Positions 55,970 to 64,000 of a stretch of 64,000 bases of DNA are shown piece after piece. Position 1 is the first letter of the stretch. Every line of letters starts with the position of its first letter. Origin of the DNA: a virus; the IMG/VR virus record IMGVR_UViG_3300045988_050969, one strand, 5' to 3'. The position numbers were made by a program, and so were the translations under genes. The notes beneath the pieces were generated by a model that saw only the letters and a program-made list of their open reading frames with translations, ran no database searches and was not told the DNA's origin.

Positions 55970-56368
55970 ATGAAACTTTTAATTATTGGATTTAAAGATG
56001 GAGTTAATGATGAACTCATCGAAAATGGTGTACTTGCTCTTCAAGGTATAATGGGAATAGATGTTAAAGCTACTATCTATACTGAAGATGAATTTCTACC
56101 TACTAACAAAAATAAGAAATCTATTCGTAAGAGCGATTTTATGATTGCTATAGAAAAGATTATTGAGGTATGTGGAGAAGAATCAGATAGTATAGCTTTC
56201 CGTAGTTCTTTTTATACTCTTGTCTTGAAAGGAGTAATAGAGAGACCTATTCTTGAAGTACTATCATATGGTCCTAAAACTAACAGAGATCTTGAATTCC
56301 TTTCTAAAAGAAAAGAAATGGAAAATATTGTAGAATATGCTCGCGTAGCTTTATCAATGATTTCATAA
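55970..56368 (+). CDS. hypothetical early protein (132 aa)
   Basis: Intact ORF. Confidence 0.6.
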   Translation: MKLLIIGFKDGVNDELIENGVLALQGIMGIDVKATIYTEDEFLPTNKNKKSIRKSDFMIAIEKIIEVCGEESDSIAFRSSFYTLVLKGVIERPILEVLSYGPKTNRDLEFLSKRKEMENIVEYARVALSMIS

Positions 56369-56493
56369 TGGGAAAGACATTCAAAGATAGTAATTATACC
56401 ATGAAATATGGTAATACTAAAAAAACAAGATCACGTAGAGCTAAGTTACAGCCTTATGATCGTAAAGCTAGAGACTATGAGACTGATAAGTAA
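56368..56493 (+). CDS. small basic peptide (41 aa)
   Basis: TAATG overlap with the previous stop. Sequence MGKTFKDSNYTMKYGNTKKTRSRRAKLQPYDRKARDYETDK. Confidence 0.3.
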   Translation: MGKTFKDSNYTMKYGNTKKTRSRRAKLQPYDRKARDYETDK

Positions 56494-56665
56494 TCAAAAA
56501 CTTAAAGCAACAGTAAATAATCGTTTAAAGAACGATTGTCCGTTACAATGTAATAAAAAACATTGTGATGTATGTCAATTCAGAAATGACAAATCTGAAT
56601 CGATTCCAACAGTAACTACTAATACTCCTTCGCCAGAGGTATACGGTAGAGATATGTATTATTAA
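56477..56665 (+). CDS. small Cys-containing protein (62 aa)
   Basis: Internal ATG of track ORF 56408..56665. Contains CPLQCNKKHCDVC. Confidence 0.35.
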   Translation: MRLISNQKLKATVNNRLKNDCPLQCNKKHCDVCQFRNDKSESIPTVTTNTPSPEVYGRDMYY

Positions 56666-56885
56666 CCCTAAACAAGTTAGTATGGTGCAGTCAACCCAGA
56701 ACTATTATTATCAACCAGACCCCTAATGGAAGCTTAGTAACAACTAAGCTTACTAAGCAAGAGTACAATGGACTATACAACGGTCAACCAGTATCTAATA
56801 TTGGTTTAAGATGAAGGAAAAGGGTTGCCTATGAATAAGAGATACGAATAAGTAGGATAGTAGTTCTTTTAAAGAAATTAAAGAA

Positions 56886-56945
56886 ATTGACTGTTAGGTC
56901 TATTGAATCGTCGTTTGGACGAGGGTTCGACTCCCTCATGCTCCA
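56886..56945 (+). tRNA. tRNA-like element: class-II variable arm, T-arm and 3' acceptor strand; no convincing 5' half
   Basis: GTC-gtttg-GAC, then GAGGG-TTCGACT-CCCTC, then ATGCTCC-A. No complementary GGAGCAT lies upstream. The only local stem is AATTGAC-tgttag-GTCTATT, which has a 6-nt loop. Confidence 0.3.
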
Positions 56946-56960
56946 CTAATAATAAACTGT

Positions 56961-57065
56961 ATGAAAAATAAAGAAAGAACTTGGCTTGAAGCTATTTTCT
57001 ATGCTATGTTTGCTGTAGGTATCACAGGTACTATAATACTTATAATTGGGGCATTATGGTTTTGA
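56961..57065 (+). CDS. mini-ORF encoding a 34-aa TM peptide
   Basis: MKNKERTWLEAIFYAMFAVGITGTIILIIGALWF. Confidence 0.3.
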   Translation: MKNKERTWLEAIFYAMFAVGITGTIILIIGALWF

Positions 57066-57190
57066 CAGCGATATAAGAAGAAATAGAATAGGTCAATAAG
57101 CAGATAACTGGCAATACAAGTTATGTTATGAACTATAGCCGTATTGCGGCGTAAGTTCAAAACGGCTAAGCTAATGTCGTAGAAAGCTGG

Positions 57191-57270
57191 AGTAAGGATA
57201 GTACTCAGATGGTAGAGCGGTGAGATAATATCAAAAGCTGGTATCGGAGGTTCGAGTCCTCCCCTTACTA
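57191..57270 (+). tRNA. tRNA-like gene with a good acceptor, D-arm and T-arm but an unfoldable anticodon arm
   Basis: AGTAAGG...CCTTACT-A acceptor (7 bp), ACTC-AGATGGTA-GAGC D-arm, GGAGG-TTCGAGT-CCTCC T-arm. Total 80 nt. The central GTGAGATAATATCAAAA does not pair. There are 5 nt rather than 2 between the acceptor and D stems. Confidence 0.4.
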
Positions 57271-57287
57271 CAAAAAAGTAAAATAAT

Positions 57288-57458
57288 ATGAAAAAATGTA
57301 TTGTTAATTTCGACGGAAAGCAATATATAGGAGAAATAATTAGAGAAGGTTCTAATGAATACAGAAATGGAACTCTAGTAGACATTAAAATAATTCCTGA
57401 TTACCTGTATAAAAGTACAATATGGTTTAGTAAAGAAGAAGTAAAATTACTTGACTAA
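57288..57458 (+). CDS. small hypothetical protein (56 aa)
   Basis: ATG 57288, TAA 57456..57458. Below the track size cutoff. Confidence 0.4.
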   Translation: MKKCIVNFDGKQYIGEIIREGSNEYRNGTLVDIKIIPDYLYKSTIWFSKEEVKLLD

Positions 57459-57469
57459 TTATCAAAATT

Positions 57470-57715
57470 ATGAGAACAATAAAACAAATCAAAGCAACAA
57501 AAAGAAATTTTTCTATTTTGTATCTTACTAGTGTTTTAAAAATGTTAGATCGTATAGAGTCTTGGACTAGAAATTATTCTATAAAACAAGCTATAAACAT
57601 GACTAGAAACGCTGCTAAATATGCTATATTAGAGATAAAAGATACAAATTATGAACATTCTTTTTATGGACCTCAAACAGATGTAAAGTATGAGTGTAAA
57701 GAAAGCAATCAATGA
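57470..57715 (+). CDS. hypothetical early protein (81 aa)
   Basis: Intact ORF with a tatcaaaattATG leader. Confidence 0.55.
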   Translation: MRTIKQIKATKRNFSILYLTSVLKMLDRIESWTRNYSIKQAINMTRNAAKYAILEIKDTNYEHSFYGPQTDVKYECKESNQ

Positions 57716-57971
57716 TTTAATTCCACCTGAGTGGGATTATGTTCTTAGAAAGAACAAAGTTCTAACAAAGTTCATAGATTATATGTATGAATTTTGCGTA
57801 CCAACTTACTGGAGAAATAACAAGTATCATAGAAAAGCAGTTGAAAGAATTCGATTTAAATTCAGTCGAGGAATTCTAGATTGCATTGATGCTATAAATA
57901 CTCCAGAAGGATATTATTTTTGGAAGAAAATTGAATTAGAAATAGAAACATATAAAGAGCAAATACGATGA
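57690..57971 (+). CDS. hypothetical early protein (93 aa)
   Basis: Intact ORF that overlaps its neighbours. Confidence 0.55.
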   Translation: MSVKKAINDLIPPEWDYVLRKNKVLTKFIDYMYEFCVPTYWRNNKYHRKAVERIRFKFSRGILDCIDAINTPEGYYFWKKIELEIETYKEQIR

Positions 57972-58153
57972 ATAAAATTGAAATCATTCCTTGGGTTAAG
58001 TTTAATGATCCAGGAGTAAAACAAGAAATCGAAAAACTTGCAGAAAAGTCTACATCTAAAATGGATTTTCTTTCAAGAGTAAAAGATCAGTATAATTTAT
58101 CATTATCTGATGCTAAAATTGTTGCAGATAAATTCTTTAAAAAGGAGGTATAA
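57968..58153 (+). CDS. small early protein (61 aa)
   Basis: Intact ORF. VKDQYNLSLSDAKIVADKF echoes the IKDQFGLRLGQAKEYVDS segment of 52150..52578. Confidence 0.5.
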   Translation: MNKIEIIPWVKFNDPGVKQEIEKLAEKSTSKMDFLSRVKDQYNLSLSDAKIVADKFFKKEV

Positions 58154-58612
58154 ATGTTAGAACTTAAAAGAGCTGGCTTGTATATAGCCAATGGAAAGAA
58201 CACAAGTGTTTTAGTAAGAGTTGCTGGTGAATATCCTTATTTACGAGTAATTAGTGGCGTTCTATTGAACGATATGGAGAAAGATGGTACAGTTACTGTC
58301 TTAAAAGAAGATGATCCTGAATTGCAGGATATAGTATGTAATCCAAAGAACTATATCTTTGATCTTCCATCTGTAAGTAGTTCTATTAAGAATGAAAACG
58401 GATTAAAGACTACTGAGAAAAAGTCTATTGAGTTTACAAATGAGCAATTTGATGAATGGGTTAATAAATATATTAGCTTCACTAAAATGTATCCAGAACA
58501 GTACAATGTCAAAGCTCAAGTAATGATTATTAGTGCAGGATTTAGCATATCTCAAGCTGATCTTATCATTCAACAAATTCAAACAAGACTTCGTTTACGT
58601 GGTATTATGTAA
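58154..58612 (+). CDS. hypothetical early protein (152 aa)
   Basis: Intact ORF. AAGGAGG lies 7 nt upstream. Confidence 0.6.
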   Translation: MLELKRAGLYIANGKNTSVLVRVAGEYPYLRVISGVLLNDMEKDGTVTVLKEDDPELQDIVCNPKNYIFDLPSVSSSIKNENGLKTTEKKSIEFTNEQFDEWVNKYISFTKMYPEQYNVKAQVMIISAGFSISQADLIIQQIQTRLRLRGIM

Positions 58613-58618
58613 AGTATT

Positions 58619-59101
58619 ATGAAAGCATTTGAGTATTTACAAAAAAATATTAAGAAAGAATATTCTTTCTATCCTGGTACAATCATATCTTTAACTACTA
58701 AAGACGCAGTTACTCCATTTAAACTTAACGAAAAGGAATATTGTACTGGAAGAACTAAAATAGGTAATCAGTATTATAACTTTCTAAAAGATGAATCTAG
58801 CGATGGTGCAATCTTTAGTGGATTACCTGATAGTATATATAAAAGAATAGAATATCCTATGCTTAATACAATAGCACAAAGAATCCAAGACAAAGTTATG
58901 ATATTTGCTGTCAGCCATGCAGAAATGCAACAAACTAAAACTGAGTTAGTTCAGTTAAGAATAGCAAATAGTATGATTATGAATCTCAAATGTCTTAGTT
59001 CAGATGATAGAATTCTCTGGGCTAATTGGATAAAAGAACTTTACTGGGAAAGAAAAAAGATACTACACAGATGGTATCTAGAGTATGTATTACCATTTTA
59101 A
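58619..59101 (+). CDS. hypothetical early protein (160 aa)
   Basis: Intact ORF. Confidence 0.6.
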   Translation: MKAFEYLQKNIKKEYSFYPGTIISLTTKDAVTPFKLNEKEYCTGRTKIGNQYYNFLKDESSDGAIFSGLPDSIYKRIEYPMLNTIAQRIQDKVMIFAVSHAEMQQTKTELVQLRIANSMIMNLKCLSSDDRILWANWIKELYWERKKILHRWYLEYVLPF

Positions 59102-59113
59102 ATTATCAAAATT

Positions 59114-59524
59114 ATGCAATGGGAAGAAAATAAAAGTAATAATACCTCTATTTGGGGTATAGTATTATTAGTATTAATAATATTAATATTAACACTAGGT
59201 TTTATGTTCGGTTGGCCAAAATATCAAGTATGGCAACAAGAAATGTCCGGTAAAGCAGAATTTGCTAAAGCCGAACAAAATCGTAGGATTAAAATAGAAG
59301 AAGCTAAAGCTAACCTTGAAGCTGAAAAACTAAATGCACAAGCAGAAGTAGAAAGAGCTAAAGGAGCAGCAGAAGCAATTAAGATTGAAAATGGAAGTTT
59401 AACTAAAGAATACATACAATATCTTTGGGTAAGACAACAAGGAAATCTTAATGATAAAACAGTAATCTATATTCCTACTGAGGGTAATTTGCCTCTAACT
59501 GAGGCTATGCGCTTACCACAATAA
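59114..59524 (+). CDS. membrane-anchored coiled-coil protein, possibly SPFH/Band-7-related (136 aa)
   Basis: N-terminal TM segment followed by AEQNRRIKIEEAKANLEAEKLNAQAEVERAKGAAEA. Confidence 0.4.
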   Translation: MQWEENKSNNTSIWGIVLLVLIILILTLGFMFGWPKYQVWQQEMSGKAEFAKAEQNRRIKIEEAKANLEAEKLNAQAEVERAKGAAEAIKIENGSLTKEYIQYLWVRQQGNLNDKTVIYIPTEGNLPLTEAMRLPQ

Positions 59525-59579
59525 TAAATAAGGATTAAAGTCATTGGGTTGGCTTTAGTCCACTAAAATCTAGCGAACT

Positions 59580-60128
59580 ATGAAAGAAGAAGAAAAGCTT
59601 CTTGTAGAGCAAGCTAGAGACGGTTCCGAGAGAGCTTTTAGTACACTCTATAATACTTACAAAAAGACTGTTTGGTATACTGCTTTTAAAGTGGTAAACA
59701 ACGCAGATGCAGCAGATGATATAACATCCCAAGTATTTACTAAAGTATATTTAAAGCTTAAATCTTATACACATCACTTATCATTCGAGATGTGGTTAAA
59801 AACTATTACAGTTAATACTGCAATAGATTATATAAGAAGGAACAAAAAAGAGCAATTAAATAACTATATTGATGAAGAAGACTCTACAATTCAATTAAGT
59901 GGATTAGAACATAGTCCAGAAGATAATCTTATATTTCAACAGAATATAAATATTGTTATGGATTGTATTCCTCGTCTTAAGAAAAAATATAGAGATTTAA
60001 TTTATGCTCGGTTGGATGGAAAATCCTACCAACAAATTTCAGAAGAGCTTGCTATTCCAGAAGCGACTGTAAAGACGTGTTTGAATAAAGCAAGACAAAG
60101 ACTGAGAGAGATGTTTAACAAATATTAA
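59580..60128 (+). CDS. ECF-type (sigma-70 family) RNA polymerase sigma factor
   Basis: Region-2-like FSTLYNTYKKTVWYTAFKVVNNADAADDITSQVFTKVY and region-4 HTH SYQQISEELAIPEATVKTCLNKARQRLRE. 182 aa. Confidence 0.85.
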   Translation: MKEEEKLLVEQARDGSERAFSTLYNTYKKTVWYTAFKVVNNADAADDITSQVFTKVYLKLKSYTHHLSFEMWLKTITVNTAIDYIRRNKKEQLNNYIDEEDSTIQLSGLEHSPEDNLIFQQNINIVMDCIPRLKKKYRDLIYARLDGKSYQQISEELAIPEATVKTCLNKARQRLREMFNKY

Positions 60129-60144
60129 CCAATACTTACAAATT

Positions 60145-60510
60145 ATGGCAAATTCATTTGGTCTACTGTGTCTTGCAGTAGTAATTGGATTCATTGCTTC
60201 TATAGTAATGAAGGATGCCAAAGCTTTCGGCAAATTGATGGCCATCATGCTGATAAGCTTACTTGTAGGTGCAGGAGTAAAGGAGTTAGTAGATATTACT
60301 AATGATGATATTACTTCTGAGAAAACTGCAGTGGTTTCTACAGAATCTACTCCCATGCACAGTAGTATTTCTCCTTTTGTATTGGAGGATACTGTTGCTA
60401 TTCCAGATTGTGCAAGTAAGGAAATAGTAGAGCGTGACAGTGTAGAAATTGAAGCAGAAGGAATACCTACAAAGCAGAGAGTGAAAAGTAGTTATATAGA
60501 TGATTCATGA
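60145..60510 (+). CDS. two-TM membrane protein directly after the sigma factor (121 aa)
   Basis: Intact ORF with a hydrophobic N-terminal half. An anti-sigma role would be inferred from position only. Confidence 0.55.
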   Translation: MANSFGLLCLAVVIGFIASIVMKDAKAFGKLMAIMLISLLVGAGVKELVDITNDDITSEKTAVVSTESTPMHSSISPFVLEDTVAIPDCASKEIVERDSVEIEAEGIPTKQRVKSSYIDDS

Positions 60511-60592
60511 GAGTATATTACTCTCAATATTATTTATATATATCTACAAGTATTTAATCTAATTTACGCGTAAGGAGCGCATCATTATCAAA

Positions 60593-61975
60593 ATGGCAAA
60601 AAGTAATAAAAATGCAATTAAAACTGCAAAGAAACAAACTAAGACTGTAGAGGAAAAAGTAAAGACTCAAGCAGCAGAAGCTGCGGTTGAAGCGCCGAAA
60701 GCAGAGGAAACTAAGGTTGAAGAAACCAAAGTTGAAGAACCTACTCCTGCTCCTGTAGAAGAGAAGAAGGAAGAGATTACTAGCCCAAATGGAGAGGTAA
60801 TCGATCCAGAAGTAGTTGAAGAGACTAGTACTGAAGAACCTAAGCATACTACTCCAGTAGTAAATGCACCAAAAGTGACATCTTTAGGTGCTGCACTTTC
60901 TTCAGCTGGAGGTTCTACAGACCGTATTGACAAGAATCATGCAATTGACCTTGCAAAGATGGTATATCAAGAGTATGTAAATAATCCGGATACTCCTAGT
61001 AGTGTTCGACAGACTGCCAAAAAGCAATTCGATGTAATGACTGGAGTTGCTTTGCTTCAGTATTTTACTCAGCTAGAGGAAGACTTTGAGAATCTAGGAG
61101 TACGCATTAAACCGCATATGCGTGAACAAGCAGAAAACGTTCTTACGAATTATCTTGGAGTTAAAGTAAAGACTACTGCCCAAGATGATGGTCAGTTATT
61201 ACTTCAATTTGAAGAAATTCCAACTGAAACTCGTAAGACCGCTGCACAGGACAATAAAGCTAAGGAAAAGCCTATACCAGAACCAAGTCCTGAACTTCCT
61301 GAGAAAGAGAAGTTAGAAGCATTACGTACGATTTTCGCTCAAACTAATAAAGGTGGAATTGGAGGTAATCTCTTGAGTGGTATTGAATGGGCACGTAAAG
61401 CATTCTCATTTGCTGCTGAAGAGAAGAAGTCTGTTATCTTTGCAAATATCCTTCACAAGGGTACTGAAGCTACCATGATTAACTGCCTACGTGGTATGGT
61501 TAACGGAAAGATGGGAGCCGAGCATAGTATTCTTGGAGCTCATGCATTATTGAAAGCTTGGTGTCCTACATTGAGTGAACAAGAAGTTGCAGAATTGACT
61601 GCAGTACTCATGTCTGCTGCTTCTAAGAAGAAAGTTGATGATTGGAACGAGAAGGGCGGTTCGTCTCATGGAAAGCCAACTTATGACGGAGAACTTACTG
61701 TAGTAAATCGTCAGATTTTAGCAGCAAATGCAGGAAATGTAATCGATGCTATCCTGAAGGGTAATATTGAAGACGTTGCTGTAAAGGTTCCAGACAGTCA
61801 GCTTGATATGATTGTTCATCCAAATTCTATCCGTAAAACGCTTATAGCAGCATATGGAGATTCTGAAAATATTCTAAAAGACAAGTTAAAAGAACTTGTT
61901 CAGTATTATGCTAAGCCTATTATGCGTTTGTCTTCATATGTGGACAAGTCAGCATACGCTGAAGCTAAAAAGTAA
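60593..61975 (+). CDS. hypothetical early protein (460 aa) with a K/E/A/P-rich N-terminus
   Basis: Intact ORF with higher GC. Confidence 0.7.
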   Translation: MAKSNKNAIKTAKKQTKTVEEKVKTQAAEAAVEAPKAEETKVEETKVEEPTPAPVEEKKEEITSPNGEVIDPEVVEETSTEEPKHTTPVVNAPKVTSLGAALSSAGGSTDRIDKNHAIDLAKMVYQEYVNNPDTPSSVRQTAKKQFDVMTGVALLQYFTQLEEDFENLGVRIKPHMREQAENVLTNYLGVKVKTTAQDDGQLLLQFEEIPTETRKTAAQDNKAKEKPIPEPSPELPEKEKLEALRTIFAQTNKGGIGGNLLSGIEWARKAFSFAAEEKKSVIFANILHKGTEATMINCLRGMVNGKMGAEHSILGAHALLKAWCPTLSEQEVAELTAVLMSAASKKKVDDWNEKGGSSHGKPTYDGELTVVNRQILAANAGNVIDAILKGNIEDVAVKVPDSQLDMIVHPNSIRKTLIAAYGDSENILKDKLKELVQYYAKPIMRLSSYVDKSAYAEAKK

Positions 61976-61980
61976 TCAAT

Positions 61981-62364
61981 ATGAAGCGTTTTAATATATT
62001 AGTCACACTAGTAATGGTGTGCCTAGGAGGATTTATAGGATTTGATCCTAATTCTCCGTCTCAAACTGCAAATGCTGAAGAAACTCGAATTCGTTGGGTA
62101 GACGTACCTAAAATGCCAGTAGACGTACTAGGCTTGAATGAAGAGAAATCTATCAACATTGACTTGCAGGAAAAGACTGTATTATTTAATGGAGACGTTG
62201 ATAATACTACTGTGACAATTAAAACGGACGTTGAGACACGCCCAGAGTATATAACCAAGATAGTAGAAAAGGTAGTATATCTGCCTGAAGATATTGCCTA
62301 TAGAAGCAAATTTTTTAATCGCCTAAAACCGATTAATAAAGAACTACCAGTGAAGAATTGGTAA
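61981..62364 (+). CDS. signal-anchored or secreted small protein (127 aa)
   Basis: Intact ORF. N-terminal hydrophobic segment ILVTLVMVCLGGFIGF. Confidence 0.6.
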   Translation: MKRFNILVTLVMVCLGGFIGFDPNSPSQTANAEETRIRWVDVPKMPVDVLGLNEEKSINIDLQEKTVLFNGDVDNTTVTIKTDVETRPEYITKIVEKVVYLPEDIAYRSKFFNRLKPINKELPVKNW

Positions 62365-64000
62365 CTGCCGAAGAGAAACGCAGACCGCTACTAGAACTAT
62401 ACAAGCGGTATACAAGAGCTATAAGTATAAATATTCATTATTTGAGCCTAACTAAGCCGTGTAATGTGAGTAATACAGGATACTGAAATGTATTAAGTAA
62501 AAGCTAACACTATTTACTTATGCTATAGTATGATAACTTGTTGTGTTATAAAATTACTCTATAACTGAAGAAGCAACAGGAAAATGGGAGAGCGTGCATA
62601 ACCCATGAGCGAGAACCGTACTGGTGGCTAAAAGACGCAGATGTGGAAGGAGCAGCTATCGCATCTAAACAAAGCAAGGGGTATCGTTTACCTCTATACA
62701 CATTCGTTGACCAATATCACTGGTGAAATCACGAAGGAATGTGAACACGTGCTGTTTATACGTTGTCATCTTAACTGAGAATCGACTAGCATTCTAGGGT
62801 GTCTCCAAAACCCCCTTGGCCCACTACTTAAGTGTGTACGAGCCTAAAGAATATTGCCTTAGTGTTCTATATTATATCTAAAGATCTTCTGTTGTATAGA
62901 AGTGTAAAATTCAATTGGGAATCGGGAAAATCGATAGCAAGATTAGTACTTGGATATGATATATATGAAGGAGGAGGATAATATAATAATGAGCAGAAAT
63001 TAATTAAGACATGGCTGAGTGGCTATGATCCGTATAATATCTTTTTGTATGAGAGTTATATGACAGATTAACCGGATTGGGTGCAAAACCCTTACGCAAT
63101 ACAGTGAACGTTAGAGTTAGCTGTTTGGGAGAAATCCCTATGGAAAGTAAATTGCGTGTCTTACAGCTTAAGAGATTTCATAATATAGTTGCAATTACTA
63201 TAGTGTTTAGAAATAAGCATAATGAAGTTTAGGTTATTATATTATAAAGTGACTTGTTAGTAATGTCACTATAAAGCTTAGTGTGCTTTGCACCGAGTAA
63301 TAAACTAACTAGCGCTTGAAGTCCGCGAAAAGACTATTAGTAGTTGGATATATGATCAATATAAGTATATTCATGGGAAACAAAGGAAGGTGGAACTGAG
63401 ACCACCCATAAAACTCAGGCAAAGTAAGTAAGGTATCTTTAACCAAGATTCGCTAGAAATAATTAGGTAAGAGCTATGCACTCCAGCATAGAGCAGGATC
63501 TTACGATGCGTCTTAAGGGGCCGACACGAAGTAGAATGGAAGTAATCTACGTATTGCCTTGATTAGTTAATGTTATATAAGATGTTATATACTTTAGTAA
63601 GTCTAATCAATGAGTGCCTACGCTGAAACGAACAGCTAAAACAAATAAGGAGAGTGTAAACATGTTTAATTTTTTAAAACAATAGGGAAGTTCAATGGTA
63701 GTACCTTGACAAAGTATGAGCCACCCCGCTATTGAAGTAACTTGCTACATGAAATTCCGTAAACTAATATGCGCAACATATTAGCTAAGGAGATCGCTGA
63801 GACGGCTGGTATGCTTCTCATTAGAGTGTACTAAAACGTTGTTGAATGGTTGGAAATACCATGAGTAGAAAATAGTAACCTGAGATTTATCGCAATGTCA
63901 GAAGTGAAATGTCCAAAAGTGGGTGCTGCGAAACATCAGCAGCTTTTGTAAATCAGTAGTTTTAGTAACGTTTCTCAACAGAAACGACCCTCATTCGCCA
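62365..64000. other. 1.6 kb ORF-free, locally GC-rich region rich in short hairpins (candidate large structured RNA or RNAs); continues past the window edge
   Basis: The six-frame track shows no ORF of 60 aa or more here. TAA and TGA are dense in all frames, so TAG recoding does not rescue coding. There are many 4-7 bp stems with GAAA/GCAA-type loops. Confidence 0.45.

Noticed and set aside
56886-56945. The tRNA 3' half acting as a phage attachment site (attP).
   Set aside because: No integrase or recombinase is recognisable anywhere in the window, and the overall architecture is that of a virulent crAss-like phage. It cannot be excluded without the host genome.
56921-57054. A circularly permuted (two-piece) tmRNA: the T-arm plus ATGCTCC-A at 56921..56945 could pair with GGGGCAT at 57048..57054 and include a G3-U70 pair.
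   Set aside because: It rests on a single 7-mer that falls inside a plausible mini-ORF. I saw no tag reading frame or pseudoknots. The chance occurrence of such a 7-mer within a few hundred nt is not negligible.
49992-62258. Minus-strand ORFs in the early module (49992..50198, 50883..51089, 51532..51747, 52176..52469, 52559..52786, 55554..55751, 56999..57385, 59224..59415, 59541..59732, 60039..60356, 60554..60933 and 62061..62258).
   Set aside because: They are antisense to plus-strand genes, or they overlap tRNA-like elements and ORF-free structured segments. There is no consistent start context. 56999..57385 runs straight through the tRNA-like gene.
1-64000. Reassignment of TGA or TAA instead of, or in addition to, TAG.
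   Set aside because: Every merged gene needs only TAG read-through. Clean gene ends at TAA (the majority) and TGA (for example 5887, 6813, 7271, 45482 and 46322) are followed by the next gene's start. Both therefore still act as stops.

Overview
This window is an AT-rich dsDNA phage segment whose gene order looks crAss-like (Crassvirales-type). All calls below come from hand translation and motif recognition; no database search was run.

Layout:
- 1..43129, minus strand: the late/structural module. It contains TerL, portal, a scaffold-like protein, the major capsid protein (MCP), many tail-fibre genes, a BACON-repeat protein, an endolysin and a holin plus spanin-like pair.
- 43756..49719, minus strand: a middle module with ThyX, a dNTP-pyrophosphohydrolase-like protein and a GroES-like protein.
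- 50008..62364, plus strand: an early module of small proteins, including an ECF sigma factor, interleaved with tRNA and tRNA-like genes and ORF-free structured segments.
- 62365..64000: a 1.6 kb ORF-free tail.

Key observations:
1. The late module only makes sense if TAG is read as a sense codon, most likely Gln. Dozens of ORF-track fragments join exactly in frame across TAG, and every merged gene ends in TAA or TGA.
2. A suppressor tRNA with anticodon CUA sits at 43408..43479, directly upstream of the late block. Early genes contain no in-frame TAG and never use TAG as a stop.
3. A complete diversity-generating retroelement (DGR) lies at 11971..15817. It comprises a reverse transcriptase, a 94-nt template repeat (TR) and a 94-nt variable repeat (VR). 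TR and VR differ at 24 positions, and all 24 are template adenines. The target is an 853-aa tail-fibre gene with a C-type-lectin-like tip. The RT itself carries 8 in-frame TAGs, so it needs the suppressor, and no Avd gene lies next to it.
4. A three-copy structured RNA-like element, two aberrant tRNA-like elements and large ORF-free GC-elevated stretches are not explained by the coding features.

Coordinates of merged genes were checked by frame arithmetic only.
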